A stretch of DNA of 64,000 nucleotides from Chloroflexota bacterium (GTDB taxonomy: Bacteria; Chloroflexota; Dehalococcoidia; Lucifugimonadales; UBA3495), in NCBI GenBank assembly GCA_027623675.1, contig JAQBVF010000015.1:17606-81605 (forward strand), read 5' to 3'. Below the pieces are notes generated by a model that searched no databases, was not told the origin of the DNA, and worked only from the letters and a program-made list of their open reading frames with translations. This document shows positions 10,263 to 19,664 of the stretch, piece after piece. Position 1 is the first letter of the stretch, and every line of letters begins with the position of its first letter. The translations under genes were made by a program, and so were the position numbers.

Positions 10263-10952
10263 ATGCCCTTTTGCTCGAATTGCGGGAACGAGGTTTCCGA
10301 AACCCATAATTACTGTGACGTCTGCGGAACCTTAATTACGGTTGTGGCCGCCGCCAGCCCCACGGCTGTGGCGACGGCTCCCACGGGTTACTTCATCTCG
10401 GCCAATCGAATCATATCGCTGATGGTCCTGACCTTCGGGCTATATCTGGTCTATTGGTTGTACTTGACCTGGCGGCATTACCGAGACCACACCGGAGAAA
10501 ACGTCTTCCCGGTCTGGCATTCTTTGACGCTGATAATTCCGATCTACGGCTTGTTCCGGATCCATGCTCACATGCGCATCTATAAAGAAATGATGACCAA
10601 CCCCGGACTGGCCAGCACTATCAGCCCCGGGTGGGCCGTCGCGGTGGTGGCGGTCTCCATGCTGCTGGAGAACCTTTCGCTGGAGGTCACCGGTGGTTGG
10701 ACGACCACCAGCTACAGCTTTGGTGCGGCGGTGGTGTCGGCGTTGATCACCGTGGTCTCGATCACGTTGGTCACTGGCTTATTAGTCCGTGTACAGGGAA
10801 ACATGAACCATTATTGGTCAAGCCTGACCAATGTTCAGATCGTGCCCTCAAAACTTCGTGTCGGTGAGGTCATATTCTCCGTAGTCGGATTGATGGCCTG
10901 GGCGGAAACGCTAACTAGCCTGCTGAGCGCATCGTACCGCGGCGCCGGATGA
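10263..10952 (+). CDS. Zinc-ribbon membrane protein (DUF4234-like)
   Basis: N-terminal CSNCG..CDVCG ribbon; LTFGLYLVYWLY followed by several TM helices. Confidence 0.75.
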   Translation: MPFCSNCGNEVSETHNYCDVCGTLITVVAAASPTAVATAPTGYFISANRIISLMVLTFGLYLVYWLYLTWRHYRDHTGENVFPVWHSLTLIIPIYGLFRIHAHMRIYKEMMTNPGLASTISPGWAVAVVAVSMLLENLSLEVTGGWTTTSYSFGAAVVSALITVVSITLVTGLLVRVQGNMNHYWSSLTNVQIVPSKLRVGEVIFSVVGLMAWAETLTSLLSASYRGAG

Positions 10953-10971
10953 TCCGACTGGCTCGCCGTGC

Positions 10972-11008
10972 AAAAAAATGACCGCCAGCAGAACCGGCGG
11001 TCTTTTTT
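10972..11008. terminator. Bidirectional intrinsic terminator
   Basis: A-tract gaccgcc...ggcggtc T-tract between convergent genes. Confidence 0.75.
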
Positions 11009-11028
11009 ATCCTAAAGGTTTCAGCCCC

Positions 11029-12705
11029 CTACGGCGCCCAGGGGACCGGCGCTTCGCTGTTGAACTGGTCCGTGACCACGTCCACCACGGTGGGCCGGCC
11101 CGATGACACGGCCTGGTCCAGTGCGCTCTGGATGTCCCCTGGTTTCTCGACCCGGATTCCGAGACAGCCCATGGCCTCCGCCACCTTGGACAGGTCAACG
11201 TCGCTGAACTGCCAGAGGTCCCCCGGAGAGCCGCCTTCCAAGCCTTGGTAGGCCCGTTCGTCGCCGCGCCGGTCCTGGGAAAGGGCGTGGTTGTTGTTGA
11301 CCACGAACACCACGGGGATGTTGTTGCGGACCGCCGTTTCCAGCTCACCGATGTGATACCAGAACCCGCCGTCGCCGCTGAAACAGACCACCGGCCGGTC
11401 GGGTACGGCGCACTTGGCGCCCATGGCCGCGGACAGTCCCCAGCCGAGAGAACCGGCGCAGCGGAGATAACTCTGTCCCGGCTCGTTCAGGTCAACCATG
11501 GACCCGGTCCAGATCCCGGCGTGTCCCGTGTCGGCCACCAGCACGCCGTCTGAAGGCATGAACTTGGTGAGTTCGGTGCAGAGGCGTTGGGGGATGATCG
11601 GCACGGCTTCTGAGTTGGCCAGAGGAGCAACTTCGTCCCGCCATTCCTTGACCAGTTCCTGGGCCCGGCCGACCCATTCGGACCGGTCGCCGGCCGGTTC
11701 CGATGCCTCGATCAAGCGCCGGGTGCTGGCCTTGGCGTCGCCCTGCAGCGCCACCTGGGCCGAGTAGGTGCGGCCCAGTTCCGATGGGTCGATGTCGATC
11801 TGTATCACCGGGGTGCCAATGGCTGGGACGCGCCATTCGTTGGTCACCTGACTGCCGGTGTGGCTGCCGATGTAGAGAACCAGGTCGGCTTCATGGACCA
11901 CGCGGTTGGCGCACCAGCGGGAATAGGAACCGACCACGCCCACCGCCAGAGGGTGGTTGTCGGGGATGGTGCCCTTGGCGTTGAGGGAGGTGGCAACGGG
12001 GATGTTCAGCAGTTCGGCCAGCTCAACCACCTCCCGCTGCCCACCGGAAGACGTGACCCCGCCTCCGGCCACGATGACCGGGCGCTTGGCGTTGGCCAGC
12101 ACCTGCGCCGCTTCGCGCACACGTTCCGGTTCAGGCTCGGGACGGAACGCCGGCCGGTGGGTGAACGCCGCTTCCAGAATCACTTCCAGGTCGGCTTCTC
12201 CGTCTTCCACCACGTTGCCGCTGATGCCCTCGAAATCCAGGTGTACGGGGGCGGGAGCGCCGGTGGTGGCTTCCCGGAATGCCTGGCGCAGAAGGCCGGG
12301 TAGCTCGTTCACCGAGTCGACCACGGCGCTGAACTTGGTGGTCGAGGCGAATGGTTTGGAGTGCTCGACCTCTTGGTAGGCGTTCCGGTTCTGCTGCAAG
12401 TTGGACTTGTGACCGGTCAGGGCGACCACGGGGGACAGGCCCAGGAATGCGTCCTGCAGCCCCGCGGCCAGGTTGACCGCGCCCACCGACTGTGCCATGC
12501 AGACCCCGGGACGGTTGGAGGCACGGGCGTAGCCGTCGGCCATGTAGGCGGCCGCTTTCTCGCCGTGAGTCACCACGCGCTTGATGCCGACCATGTCCAT
12601 CTCGGCCAACGACTTGCGGAGCACGGCGGGCACGAAGAACACGTGTGTAACACCGTAGGCTTTCAGCGCTTGGGCCAGATATCTGGCCCCGGTCATCTTA
12701 GGCAT
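11029..12705 (-). CDS. Thiamine pyrophosphate-binding enzyme (acetolactate synthase large subunit-like)
   Basis: HGEKAAAYMADGYAR, GDGGF...NN TPP motif; ATG 12705 follows GGGAGG. Confidence 0.92.
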   Translation of the reverse strand: MPKMTGARYLAQALKAYGVTHVFFVPAVLRKSLAEMDMVGIKRVVTHGEKAAAYMADGYARASNRPGVCMAQSVGAVNLAAGLQDAFLGLSPVVALTGHKSNLQQNRNAYQEVEHSKPFASTTKFSAVVDSVNELPGLLRQAFREATTGAPAPVHLDFEGISGNVVEDGEADLEVILEAAFTHRPAFRPEPEPERVREAAQVLANAKRPVIVAGGGVTSSGGQREVVELAELLNIPVATSLNAKGTIPDNHPLAVGVVGSYSRWCANRVVHEADLVLYIGSHTGSQVTNEWRVPAIGTPVIQIDIDPSELGRTYSAQVALQGDAKASTRRLIEASEPAGDRSEWVGRAQELVKEWRDEVAPLANSEAVPIIPQRLCTELTKFMPSDGVLVADTGHAGIWTGSMVDLNEPGQSYLRCAGSLGWGLSAAMGAKCAVPDRPVVCFSGDGGFWYHIGELETAVRNNIPVVFVVNNNHALSQDRRGDERAYQGLEGGSPGDLWQFSDVDLSKVAEAMGCLGIRVEKPGDIQSALDQAVSSGRPTVVDVVTDQFNSEAPVPWAP

Positions 12706-12787
12706 GCCTGTACCTCCCAAACGTCCGATCGGTTATTTCCCGGTTGTTTTCCAGTTGTTTCCCCGTGTTTGATTATCGGCGGGCTGG

Positions 12788-13102
12788 TTAGATACCCCGC
12801 TCGTCAAAGACCTCTTTGGCGACCCTGACGGCGTTTGCGCCCACCGGCCATCCGGCGTAGAAAGTGGTGTGCAGGATGACTTCACTGATCTCGGCTTTGG
12901 TCACTCCGTTGTCCAACGCACGGCCGATATGGCCCTTGAGCTGGTCGGTGCGGTAGAGGGCAACCAGGTTGGCGACGGTGATCAAGCTCCGGTCCCGCTT
13001 GGACAGTTCAGGGCGCTCCCAGATGTCGCCGAACAATACGTCGGCGGTCATTTCACCCAGCTTGGGTGAGACTTCTTGCATGATGCTTCGTGATGTAGTC
13101 AT
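12788..13102 (-). CDS. Carboxymuconolactone decarboxylase family protein
   Basis: LFGDIWERPELSKRDRSLITVA...HIGRALDNGVT...FYAGWP. Confidence 0.9.
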   Translation of the reverse strand: MTTSRSIMQEVSPKLGEMTADVLFGDIWERPELSKRDRSLITVANLVALYRTDQLKGHIGRALDNGVTKAEISEVILHTTFYAGWPVGANAVRVAKEVFDERGI

Positions 13103-13132
13103 TGTGGTCTCCTATTAAGTGGTTGATTTTGT

Positions 13133-13945
13133 CTAGGCTGTAGGCATTGGGATGCCCGGTCCCCAAGTGATGCCGAAATCGGCCCTTTCTACCCTTTGCC
13201 CCGTGAAGGTTGACGCCTTTTGAGCGGCAAGCCACACGGCGGCGGCGTCGATCGAACCGGGTTGTTCCATGGGGATGTGCGCGGTGCCGGGCCAGTCGCC
13301 GTTGCGGTTCATCCAGGTATCGACGCGGCCGGGACTGAGCACGTTTACGGCTATGTTGTGTTCCCGGACCTCTTCCGCCAGGCTCAGGTAAGCCCGGTCC
13401 AAGGCGGCCTTGCTCATGGAGTAGCCCACCCGGCCTTCCCGGTAGCCCAGGGAAGCGCCCGAGGTGATGCAGAAGATAGACCCGCCGCCCTTCTGCTCGA
13501 ACATGGCCGGCAAAACATATTTGCAGAGCAGTATCGGCCCCCGGATGTTGACGTTGATCGCGCGGTCCAATAATGCTTCATCCAACTCGGCAACCGGTGA
13601 TTCGCAGTCCACGCCGGCGTTGGAAACGACGATGTCGATGCGGCCGAAATGCTTGATGGTACGCTCGACCAGGTTCCGGAGGTCTTCGGTCTTGGTGACA
13701 TCGCAGGGGACGGGCAGCGCTTCTCCACCGGCCTCAGCTATCTGGCGGGCGGTGTCGTTTATCGTTCCCGAGCCGTACTTGATGAAGGGAGAGTCCGGGG
13801 GAGGCTCGTTCTCGGTCCGGGAGGCCACCACCACCTGGGCGCCGGCGGCGGCTATCGCCAGAGACATGGACCGCCCGATGCCACGGCTGCCCCCTGTGAT
13901 GATGGCTACTTTACCGTTCAGTTCACCGCCGGCAGGCATGGTCAC
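13133..13945 (-). CDS. Short-chain dehydrogenase/reductase
   Basis: TGGSRGIG, NAG, YSMSK catalytic motif. Confidence 0.92.
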   Translation of the reverse strand: MTMPAGGELNGKVAIITGGSRGIGRSMSLAIAAAGAQVVVASRTENEPPPDSPFIKYGSGTINDTARQIAEAGGEALPVPCDVTKTEDLRNLVERTIKHFGRIDIVVSNAGVDCESPVAELDEALLDRAINVNIRGPILLCKYVLPAMFEQKGGGSIFCITSGASLGYREGRVGYSMSKAALDRAYLSLAEEVREHNIAVNVLSPGRVDTWMNRNGDWPGTAHIPMEQPGSIDAAAVWLAAQKASTFTGQRVERADFGITWGPGIPMPTA

Positions 13946-13949
13946 CCGA

Positions 13950-14378
13950 TCAAACCAGGCGGAACTTGGGCAGGGTGATAGTGTCGTCCAATGGTTCGAA
14001 CACGACTTCCACCGCCATGCCGATCTTGATGTTGGCAGGGTCGGGATCGGCTATGACCAGATTGCTGGGCATGCGCGGCCCTTCTTCCAACTCAACGATC
14101 ACCGGCACGTAGGGCGCCTTGTCACGGAAGGGCGGAGTGGGTCCCCGGTGGACGATGGCGAAGGTATGGATGATCCCCTTGCCGCTGCTCTTGATCCAGT
14201 CGGTATCCCGGGAGAAACAGCCAGGACAGATGTCGCGAGGGTAGAAGTAAGAGGAATCGCAGGCATTGCAGTGGCGCAGCCACAGTTCTTCTTCCTTGCA
14301 TTTTTCCCAATAGAAGTCCGATTCCGGTTGGGGTGTGGGAGATGGAATTGGGGGCGAAGATTGTTGTTGCTGGGTCAT
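13950..14378 (-). CDS. Zn-ribbon + OB-fold protein (DUF35/ChsH2-like)
   Basis: FYWE..CNAC..YPRDICPGC..SGKG..VELEEGPRM; ATG 14378 after AGGAG. Confidence 0.9.
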   Translation of the reverse strand: MTQQQQSSPPIPSPTPQPESDFYWEKCKEEELWLRHCNACDSSYFYPRDICPGCFSRDTDWIKSSGKGIIHTFAIVHRGPTPPFRDKAPYVPVIVELEEGPRMPSNLVIADPDPANIKIGMAVEVVFEPLDDTITLPKFRLV

Positions 14379-14899
14379 CTGCCGCTCCTGTCGTCTGGCT
14401 GTCGGTTGGCTCTCGGTCCGCTCGGGGCCGATGCCTCCAAAAGAATAGGGACAAATGCCACACGCGTCAAGAACGTGGCGCACACCTAAGCCCCGATCGA
14501 TCATGGCTTTAGCGCCGATCTCGCCGCCGATCGTGAGGCTCCCGGAGGACTCCGTGCCAGTCAACCTCCTATTCAAGAAAACTTAGGTCGTTCTACGCAA
14601 GGGTCCGCCTATCGGACCACGATCGGCCCCCCTCTTTAATATCCCTGTTGAAAGAAAGGGTCTGCCCGCACTAATCGGTGCCTCTCAACGACTTAGACCT
14701 ACTCCTCTGTGGGAATGATCTCGGCGTTGCATCGACTTGCCGTTTGCATCTGGCGGGATTCCATTGCACCCTGCCGGTGCTTCGAGTAACGTTGGAGACG
14801 ACAGGATATTACGCTCAGCGTTTGGGCATTTGGTGGAGATATGAGTCAATCCCTGATTCGTGGAAGCGGGTCGTCGACAAAACTTGGAGGCATCCCAGC

Positions 14900-15931
14900 G
14901 TGCGTATAGCAGTCATGGGGGCCGGAAGCACCGGCGGTTTCTTTGGCGGCATGCTGGCTCGCGCCGGAAATGATGTGTTCCTGATAGCGCGGGGGGCCAA
15001 TCTGGAAGCCTTGAGGGCCAATGGCCTGAAGGTCATTCGGGACGATGAGGAGTTCACGGTGCAGTGCAATGCCACCGATGACCCGTCCGAGGTCGGCCCG
15101 GTGGACCTGGTCCTGCTCTGCGTCAAGACCTACCAGAGCGAATCGGCTCTGCCATCCATGAAGCCGCTGGTGGGACCCGGCACCACGGTCCTGTGCCTCC
15201 AGAACGGCATCGACAGCTATCTGCCGGTTGCGGCCGCCCTGGGGAAGTCGACGACTTTGCCGGGCGCCGCCTTTATCGAAGCCAACCTGATCGGACCCGG
15301 AGTTGTTCGTCAATCGGGCAGTCTGGTGCGCATCATCCTGGGAGAACCCTTCCTGGCTGAGCCCGAACCGGCCCCTGCTAATAGTGAAGCCAACCCTGAT
15401 GGCGTCCCCGCCGAAGGCATGGAATCCGGCGGCCATGGATCCGAGCGTTGCCAGGCCATCCGAGACGTGTTCATGGAAGCTGGTATTCCCGCCGAGGTTT
15501 TGCCCGATATCAGTGCCGGCCTGTGGGGGAAATTCCTCTTCATCGCCACCATGGCCGGCATCACCTCGATGGCGAGGGCCCCTCTCTCTGCCCTGATTCC
15601 TCAACCGGCTTGGCGCAAGGTGGTTGAGGAATGCCTCACCGAGGTCTATGACGTCGGCCGAGGCTGCGGGGTCGATCTGCCCAATGAGACCGTGCCCAAC
15701 ACCGTCAAGTACATCGAAGAACATCTGGCCGACCTCCAGGCATCGATGCACACGGATATCATGGGCGGACGCCCGCTGGAGCTTGAGGCATTGACCTGCG
15801 CGGTGATCCGGTCGGGCATACAAGCTGGTGTGCCGACACCGGTGAATGACGTGATATACGCCATGCTAAAGGACTACGAACACGGAAGTTCGACCGGGGC
15901 CGGGGCGCATGGCGTTTCTGGTGCTCCGTGA
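14900..15931 (+). CDS. panE: 2-dehydropantoate 2-reductase (ketopantoate reductase family)
   Basis: GAGSTG, CVKTY, LQNG, WGKF, ASMHTD..GRPLELEAL; GTG 14900 after GGAGG. Confidence 0.88.
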   Translation: MRIAVMGAGSTGGFFGGMLARAGNDVFLIARGANLEALRANGLKVIRDDEEFTVQCNATDDPSEVGPVDLVLLCVKTYQSESALPSMKPLVGPGTTVLCLQNGIDSYLPVAAALGKSTTLPGAAFIEANLIGPGVVRQSGSLVRIILGEPFLAEPEPAPANSEANPDGVPAEGMESGGHGSERCQAIRDVFMEAGIPAEVLPDISAGLWGKFLFIATMAGITSMARAPLSALIPQPAWRKVVEECLTEVYDVGRGCGVDLPNETVPNTVKYIEEHLADLQASMHTDIMGGRPLELEALTCAVIRSGIQAGVPTPVNDVIYAMLKDYEHGSSTGAGAHGVSGAP

Positions 15932-15977
15932 TACCCGACGCAAAGTCCGCTACCGCGAAAGTTAATGAATCGACGGG

Positions 15978-16535
15978 ATGGGAGAACGGCTGATGGCAGC
16001 AACACCGGACAGCCACGATCTGGACAAACTGAACCGGTGGCATGAAGGCCTTAACTCGGATTCCGGGAAGTCCGAGTCCAGCTTCCCCGTCTGCGCGGTC
16101 TTCCTGGTCTCGAGTAATGATGGGCGTGCTCACGACATCTTCCGCCGCTACCGGACCGTTTTCGAAGAGTTGGGCGCCGGTTTCCACGATCTGGTAATCT
16201 TCGGGCAGCACGGCGCCTCCACCACCTGCGCCGCGGTGTTATCCGACTTTGGACTAGGTGGACTGAAGATCTCTTCGCTCGCACTCATCACGAGCGGAGA
16301 CTCCTTGACAAGCCACGCCACATCCCTGCCGGCCGGTGTTTTGGCGGGTGGGGAATTGGAAACCGAAGGGGATGCCGTTCCTTGGAGTGCGGCCCTGGAA
16401 GTTATCAGAGAGGCCGTGGAGGCCGGGAAGACGCCGGAGTTGGGATCGGTGAACGGCTTGGAGCGGGTTCACCTCCCCAGCGGCGCACTCGCCAGCTTGG
16501 TGGGGCGGGTTAAAGAGCAGATTGAGGGGTTATAG
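15978..16535 (+). CDS. Hypothetical protein
   Basis: 185 aa ORF filling the gap, protein-like composition, no motif recognised. Confidence 0.6.
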   Translation: MGERLMAATPDSHDLDKLNRWHEGLNSDSGKSESSFPVCAVFLVSSNDGRAHDIFRRYRTVFEELGAGFHDLVIFGQHGASTTCAAVLSDFGLGGLKISSLALITSGDSLTSHATSLPAGVLAGGELETEGDAVPWSAALEVIREAVEAGKTPELGSVNGLERVHLPSGALASLVGRVKEQIEGL

Positions 16536-17321
16536 GGCGGCGGTCAGCAGCACCCAAGCGCCCCATCCGACCAGCAGCGCTCCCGTCGCCCGGCTGAGCT
16601 TTTCCCCGGCCGGAGCGACCTTCTCGGCCAGCACAAAGGCGGCCAGTGCGGCGATCCAAACCAGGTTCATCACACCCAGCACGAACAACAGGGCCATCAA
16701 GACCCAGCAGCAACCCAGACAATAGCGGCCATGATGCAGCCCCATCTTGAACGCCCCGGATGTTCCCTCTCTCCAATCGGCCATCAGGAAACTTAGCGGG
16801 CTGCGGCATTGGGTCAGGCAAACGTACTTCAGGCGGCTCCACTGGAAGACGCCGGCCAGGAGCAGCAGCCCTCCGCCCAGATACCCGCTGGAACTGCCGC
16901 CCGCCATGGATGAGAGCAGGGAAGCCTGATGCAGGCCCCAATTCCCCAGTGTCGCGCCGGCGGCGAACACCGACCAGATGACCAGATAACCGGCCAGGAA
17001 AACGCCGGTGGAAACGTAGGGCCGCGACTGTTCTTGGCGGCGGCGGTTGACGGTGGCGAACAGCAATATCATCGGTGCGGCGCTGGGCACCATCATCGCG
17101 ACCATCATCACGGCCCACATGACGAACATGAGCGCGAAGTCGACTCCGCTCCATGAGCGGGTGTTTCCCATGGCAATGCCCATGGAGGAGCCCATGTCGG
17201 CATTGATCTGGGCCAGGTAGATGGTATAGGCCCAAGCGATGGCCGAGACTGCCACCACGCCGGCGATAACGACGGCGCGGTCGCGCTTGATGATTGATTC
17301 TATGGGTGTGGAAGTCTGCAT
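16530..17321 (-). CDS. DUF2182 family integral membrane (predicted metal-binding) protein
   Basis: MWAVMMVAMMVPS, QWSRLKYVCLTQCRSP, CLGCCWVLM..GVMNL..AEK. Confidence 0.9.
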   Translation of the reverse strand: MQTSTPIESIIKRDRAVVIAGVVAVSAIAWAYTIYLAQINADMGSSMGIAMGNTRSWSGVDFALMFVMWAVMMVAMMVPSAAPMILLFATVNRRRQEQSRPYVSTGVFLAGYLVIWSVFAAGATLGNWGLHQASLLSSMAGGSSSGYLGGGLLLLAGVFQWSRLKYVCLTQCRSPLSFLMADWREGTSGAFKMGLHHGRYCLGCCWVLMALLFVLGVMNLVWIAALAAFVLAEKVAPAGEKLSRATGALLVGWGAWVLLTAAL

Positions 17322-17435
17322 GTGGTGGGGGGACCTTCAACGGGTCGGGAAAAACCAGTGAATGTGAGCCTCTGAACTTGAGGAGACTCACACTCACTTA
17401 TCTATGCGTTACTTGGCCATCGGGCCAAACCGGGC

Positions 17436-18059
17436 TTACTGGTTGGTCCATTCCACCGGCGCGAAGAACGCGCTCTGGCCGGTGTGGTCAAACTTCATGC
17501 CGCCAAAGTCGACCTTCATGGTCGAAGTGCTGGCAGAGTCGCCGTCGTTCCAGATCAGTCCGCCGTTGGGGAACACGATATGGACCTCGTTCTCCTCGCC
17601 GGTGACCGGGTTAACCAGAGGAGTAAGCTTGGCCTCTAGGATTCCGTCGATGCTGAACCCGCTGTTGCGGCCGTCCACGTTCATCTTGATCGACTTCATG
17701 TGGGGGCCGTCCAGGGAGGTTAGAGTGGTCGCCAGGAGTTCCCAAGGCATTCCGCCGGCCTGGCCGGTCAGGATGGTCGCGATGCCGCCGACCTGTTCTT
17801 CCGTGGCCGATTCGTCGATGAAGATTGCCGCTGCGCCTTCGCCCTCGTGGATGGCCTTGGGCCATTTGACGGCCAAAACGACCTTCATGCCCGACAGGTC
17901 AACATCTCCAATCTTGCCGTCATCGATTTGGATGCCGATCAAAGCCTCACAAGGGCCGTGGTCGGGGAATCCGCCGAAGTTGCAGTTGCAACCGGCGTCG
18001 CAGTTGCAGGTCTCCAAGAAAGTCGCCTTGACTCGGTAGGGAGTCTGTGTTTGAACCAT
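17436..18059 (-). CDS. DUF1326 family protein
   Basis: ETCNCDAGCNC..P..C, IDESATEEQ..ILTGQAGG. Confidence 0.9.
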   Translation of the reverse strand: MVQTQTPYRVKATFLETCNCDAGCNCNFGGFPDHGPCEALIGIQIDDGKIGDVDLSGMKVVLAVKWPKAIHEGEGAAAIFIDESATEEQVGGIATILTGQAGGMPWELLATTLTSLDGPHMKSIKMNVDGRNSGFSIDGILEAKLTPLVNPVTGEENEVHIVFPNGGLIWNDGDSASTSTMKVDFGGMKFDHTGQSAFFAPVEWTNQ

Positions 18060-18193
18060 AGAATGGTCATCCTATCTTAATCTGGGTCCGGGACCTATTG
18101 CAGAACCATACGAAACGAGTTTCCTAGAACGAATTTCGCAGGCGCGGAGGCCTACTGGAAAAACAATAAGTATTCGCGATTGTATTTTACTGC

Positions 18194-18221
18194 TTGACCG
18201 CGTGTCTAGTGATGCTATAAT
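18194..18221 (+). promoter_or_regulatory. Sigma70-type promoter of the Mo-hydroxylase operon
   Basis: TTGACC-N16-TATAAT with extended -10 TG, then AGGAGG. Confidence 0.7.
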
Positions 18222-18243
18222 TCCCCGCGCAGGAGGTGCCTAA

Positions 18244-19119
18244 TTGGAACCGTTTGAATTTGTATCACCTAGTAGCATCGAGGAAGCCGTGAAAGTTTTG
18301 GCTTCCAACGGAAACAAGGCCCGGATAATGGCCGGCGGCACCGATATGTTGGTGCAGATGCGGGCCGGACGCCGGACCGCGCCCTTAGTGGTCGACATTA
18401 AGGGGATACCCGAATTGAACGCTGTTTCCTATGATGCCTCCAAAGGGCTGACATTGGGAGCTGCGGTACCCCTTTACAAGATTTACCAGGACAAAACCTT
18501 GGCCGCGGCTTACCCCGGACTGATGGATGCCGCCTCGCTGATCGGCGGGATCCAGATCCAGGGCCGGGCAACCATCGGCGGAAACATCTGCAACGCAGCC
18601 CCCAGTGGAGACGCGATTCCGGTGGTGATCGCGCTGGGTGGCACATGCACCATCGCCGGGCCCAACGGCACCCGGGAACTGGCGGCGGAAGATGTATGTA
18701 CCGCTCCCGGCCGGAACGCCCTGGAAGACGGGGAGATCATGGTCTCAATCTCCTTCCCCGCTCCCAAGGACAAATCTGGAGCCAGTTACCTTCGCTTCAT
18801 CCCGAGAAACGAGATGGACATCGCCGTGGCCGGAGTTGGCTCCAGCGTCCAATTGGACGCCTCGGGTCAGAACTTCGTGTCGGCCCGTATCTCACTGGCT
18901 TCCGTTGCTCCCACGCCGGTGTTCGCCAAAGAAGCCGGTGACAGCCTGGCCGGGAAGCCCGTCTCTGAGGAGTCGATTCAACAGGCCTCCGAACTGGCCC
19001 AAGCCGCCGCCAAACCCATCAGCGACATGCGCGGGACCATCCGCCAGCGGACACACCTTATCGGTGTGCTGACCCGCCGCACCCTTAACAACGCCATCGA
19101 ACGAGCCAGGGGAGGTTAA
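18244..19119 (+). CDS. Xanthine dehydrogenase family FAD-binding subunit (CoxM-like)
   Basis: AGGTD, IQGRATIGGNICNAAPSGD, PISDMRGT. Confidence 0.92.
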   Translation: MEPFEFVSPSSIEEAVKVLASNGNKARIMAGGTDMLVQMRAGRRTAPLVVDIKGIPELNAVSYDASKGLTLGAAVPLYKIYQDKTLAAAYPGLMDAASLIGGIQIQGRATIGGNICNAAPSGDAIPVVIALGGTCTIAGPNGTRELAAEDVCTAPGRNALEDGEIMVSISFPAPKDKSGASYLRFIPRNEMDIAVAGVGSSVQLDASGQNFVSARISLASVAPTPVFAKEAGDSLAGKPVSEESIQQASELAQAAAKPISDMRGTIRQRTHLIGVLTRRTLNNAIERARGG

Positions 19120-19120
19120 T

Positions 19121-19591
19121 ATGGCTGGAGTAACCCACGTACAGACAACACTGAACGGCGAGTCGATCGATTTCCTATGTGAGCCTCGCCAGAGCCTGCT
19201 GGAGGTCCTCCGGGATGTCCTGGGCATGACCGGCACCAAAGAAGGGTGCAACGACGGCAACTGCGGGGCCTGCACCATCATCTTGGACGGCCGGATCGTT
19301 GACTCGTGTTTGGTCTTGGGTGTTGAAGCCCAGGGCAAAGACATCACGACGATCGAAGGCATGGCCAATCCCGAGGGCTTGCATCCGTTGCAGCAGTCTT
19401 TCTTGGAGAACGCCGCGCTGCAATGCGGCATCTGCACCCCCGGATTCCTGTTGGCCTCCAAGTCGCTGTTGGACCAAGAGCCCGACGCCGATGAGGGCCG
19501 CATCCGGCACTGGCTGGCCGGGAACCTCTGCCGCTGCACCGGCTACGACAAGATCGTCCGCGCCGTGTTGCAGGTGAGCAAAGCCAAATAA
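19121..19591 (+). CDS. (2Fe-2S)-binding subunit (CoxS-like)
   Basis: GTKEGCNDGNCGACT, QCGICTPG, GNLCRCTGY. Confidence 0.95.
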   Translation: MAGVTHVQTTLNGESIDFLCEPRQSLLEVLRDVLGMTGTKEGCNDGNCGACTIILDGRIVDSCLVLGVEAQGKDITTIEGMANPEGLHPLQQSFLENAALQCGICTPGFLLASKSLLDQEPDADEGRIRHWLAGNLCRCTGYDKIVRAVLQVSKAK

Positions 19592-19664
19592 CCATCCACC
19601 CGCTATGGGCAATCAACCGGAGCCGTACGGCTCCGGTTTTATTATATGAAGAGGTAAACAAACC

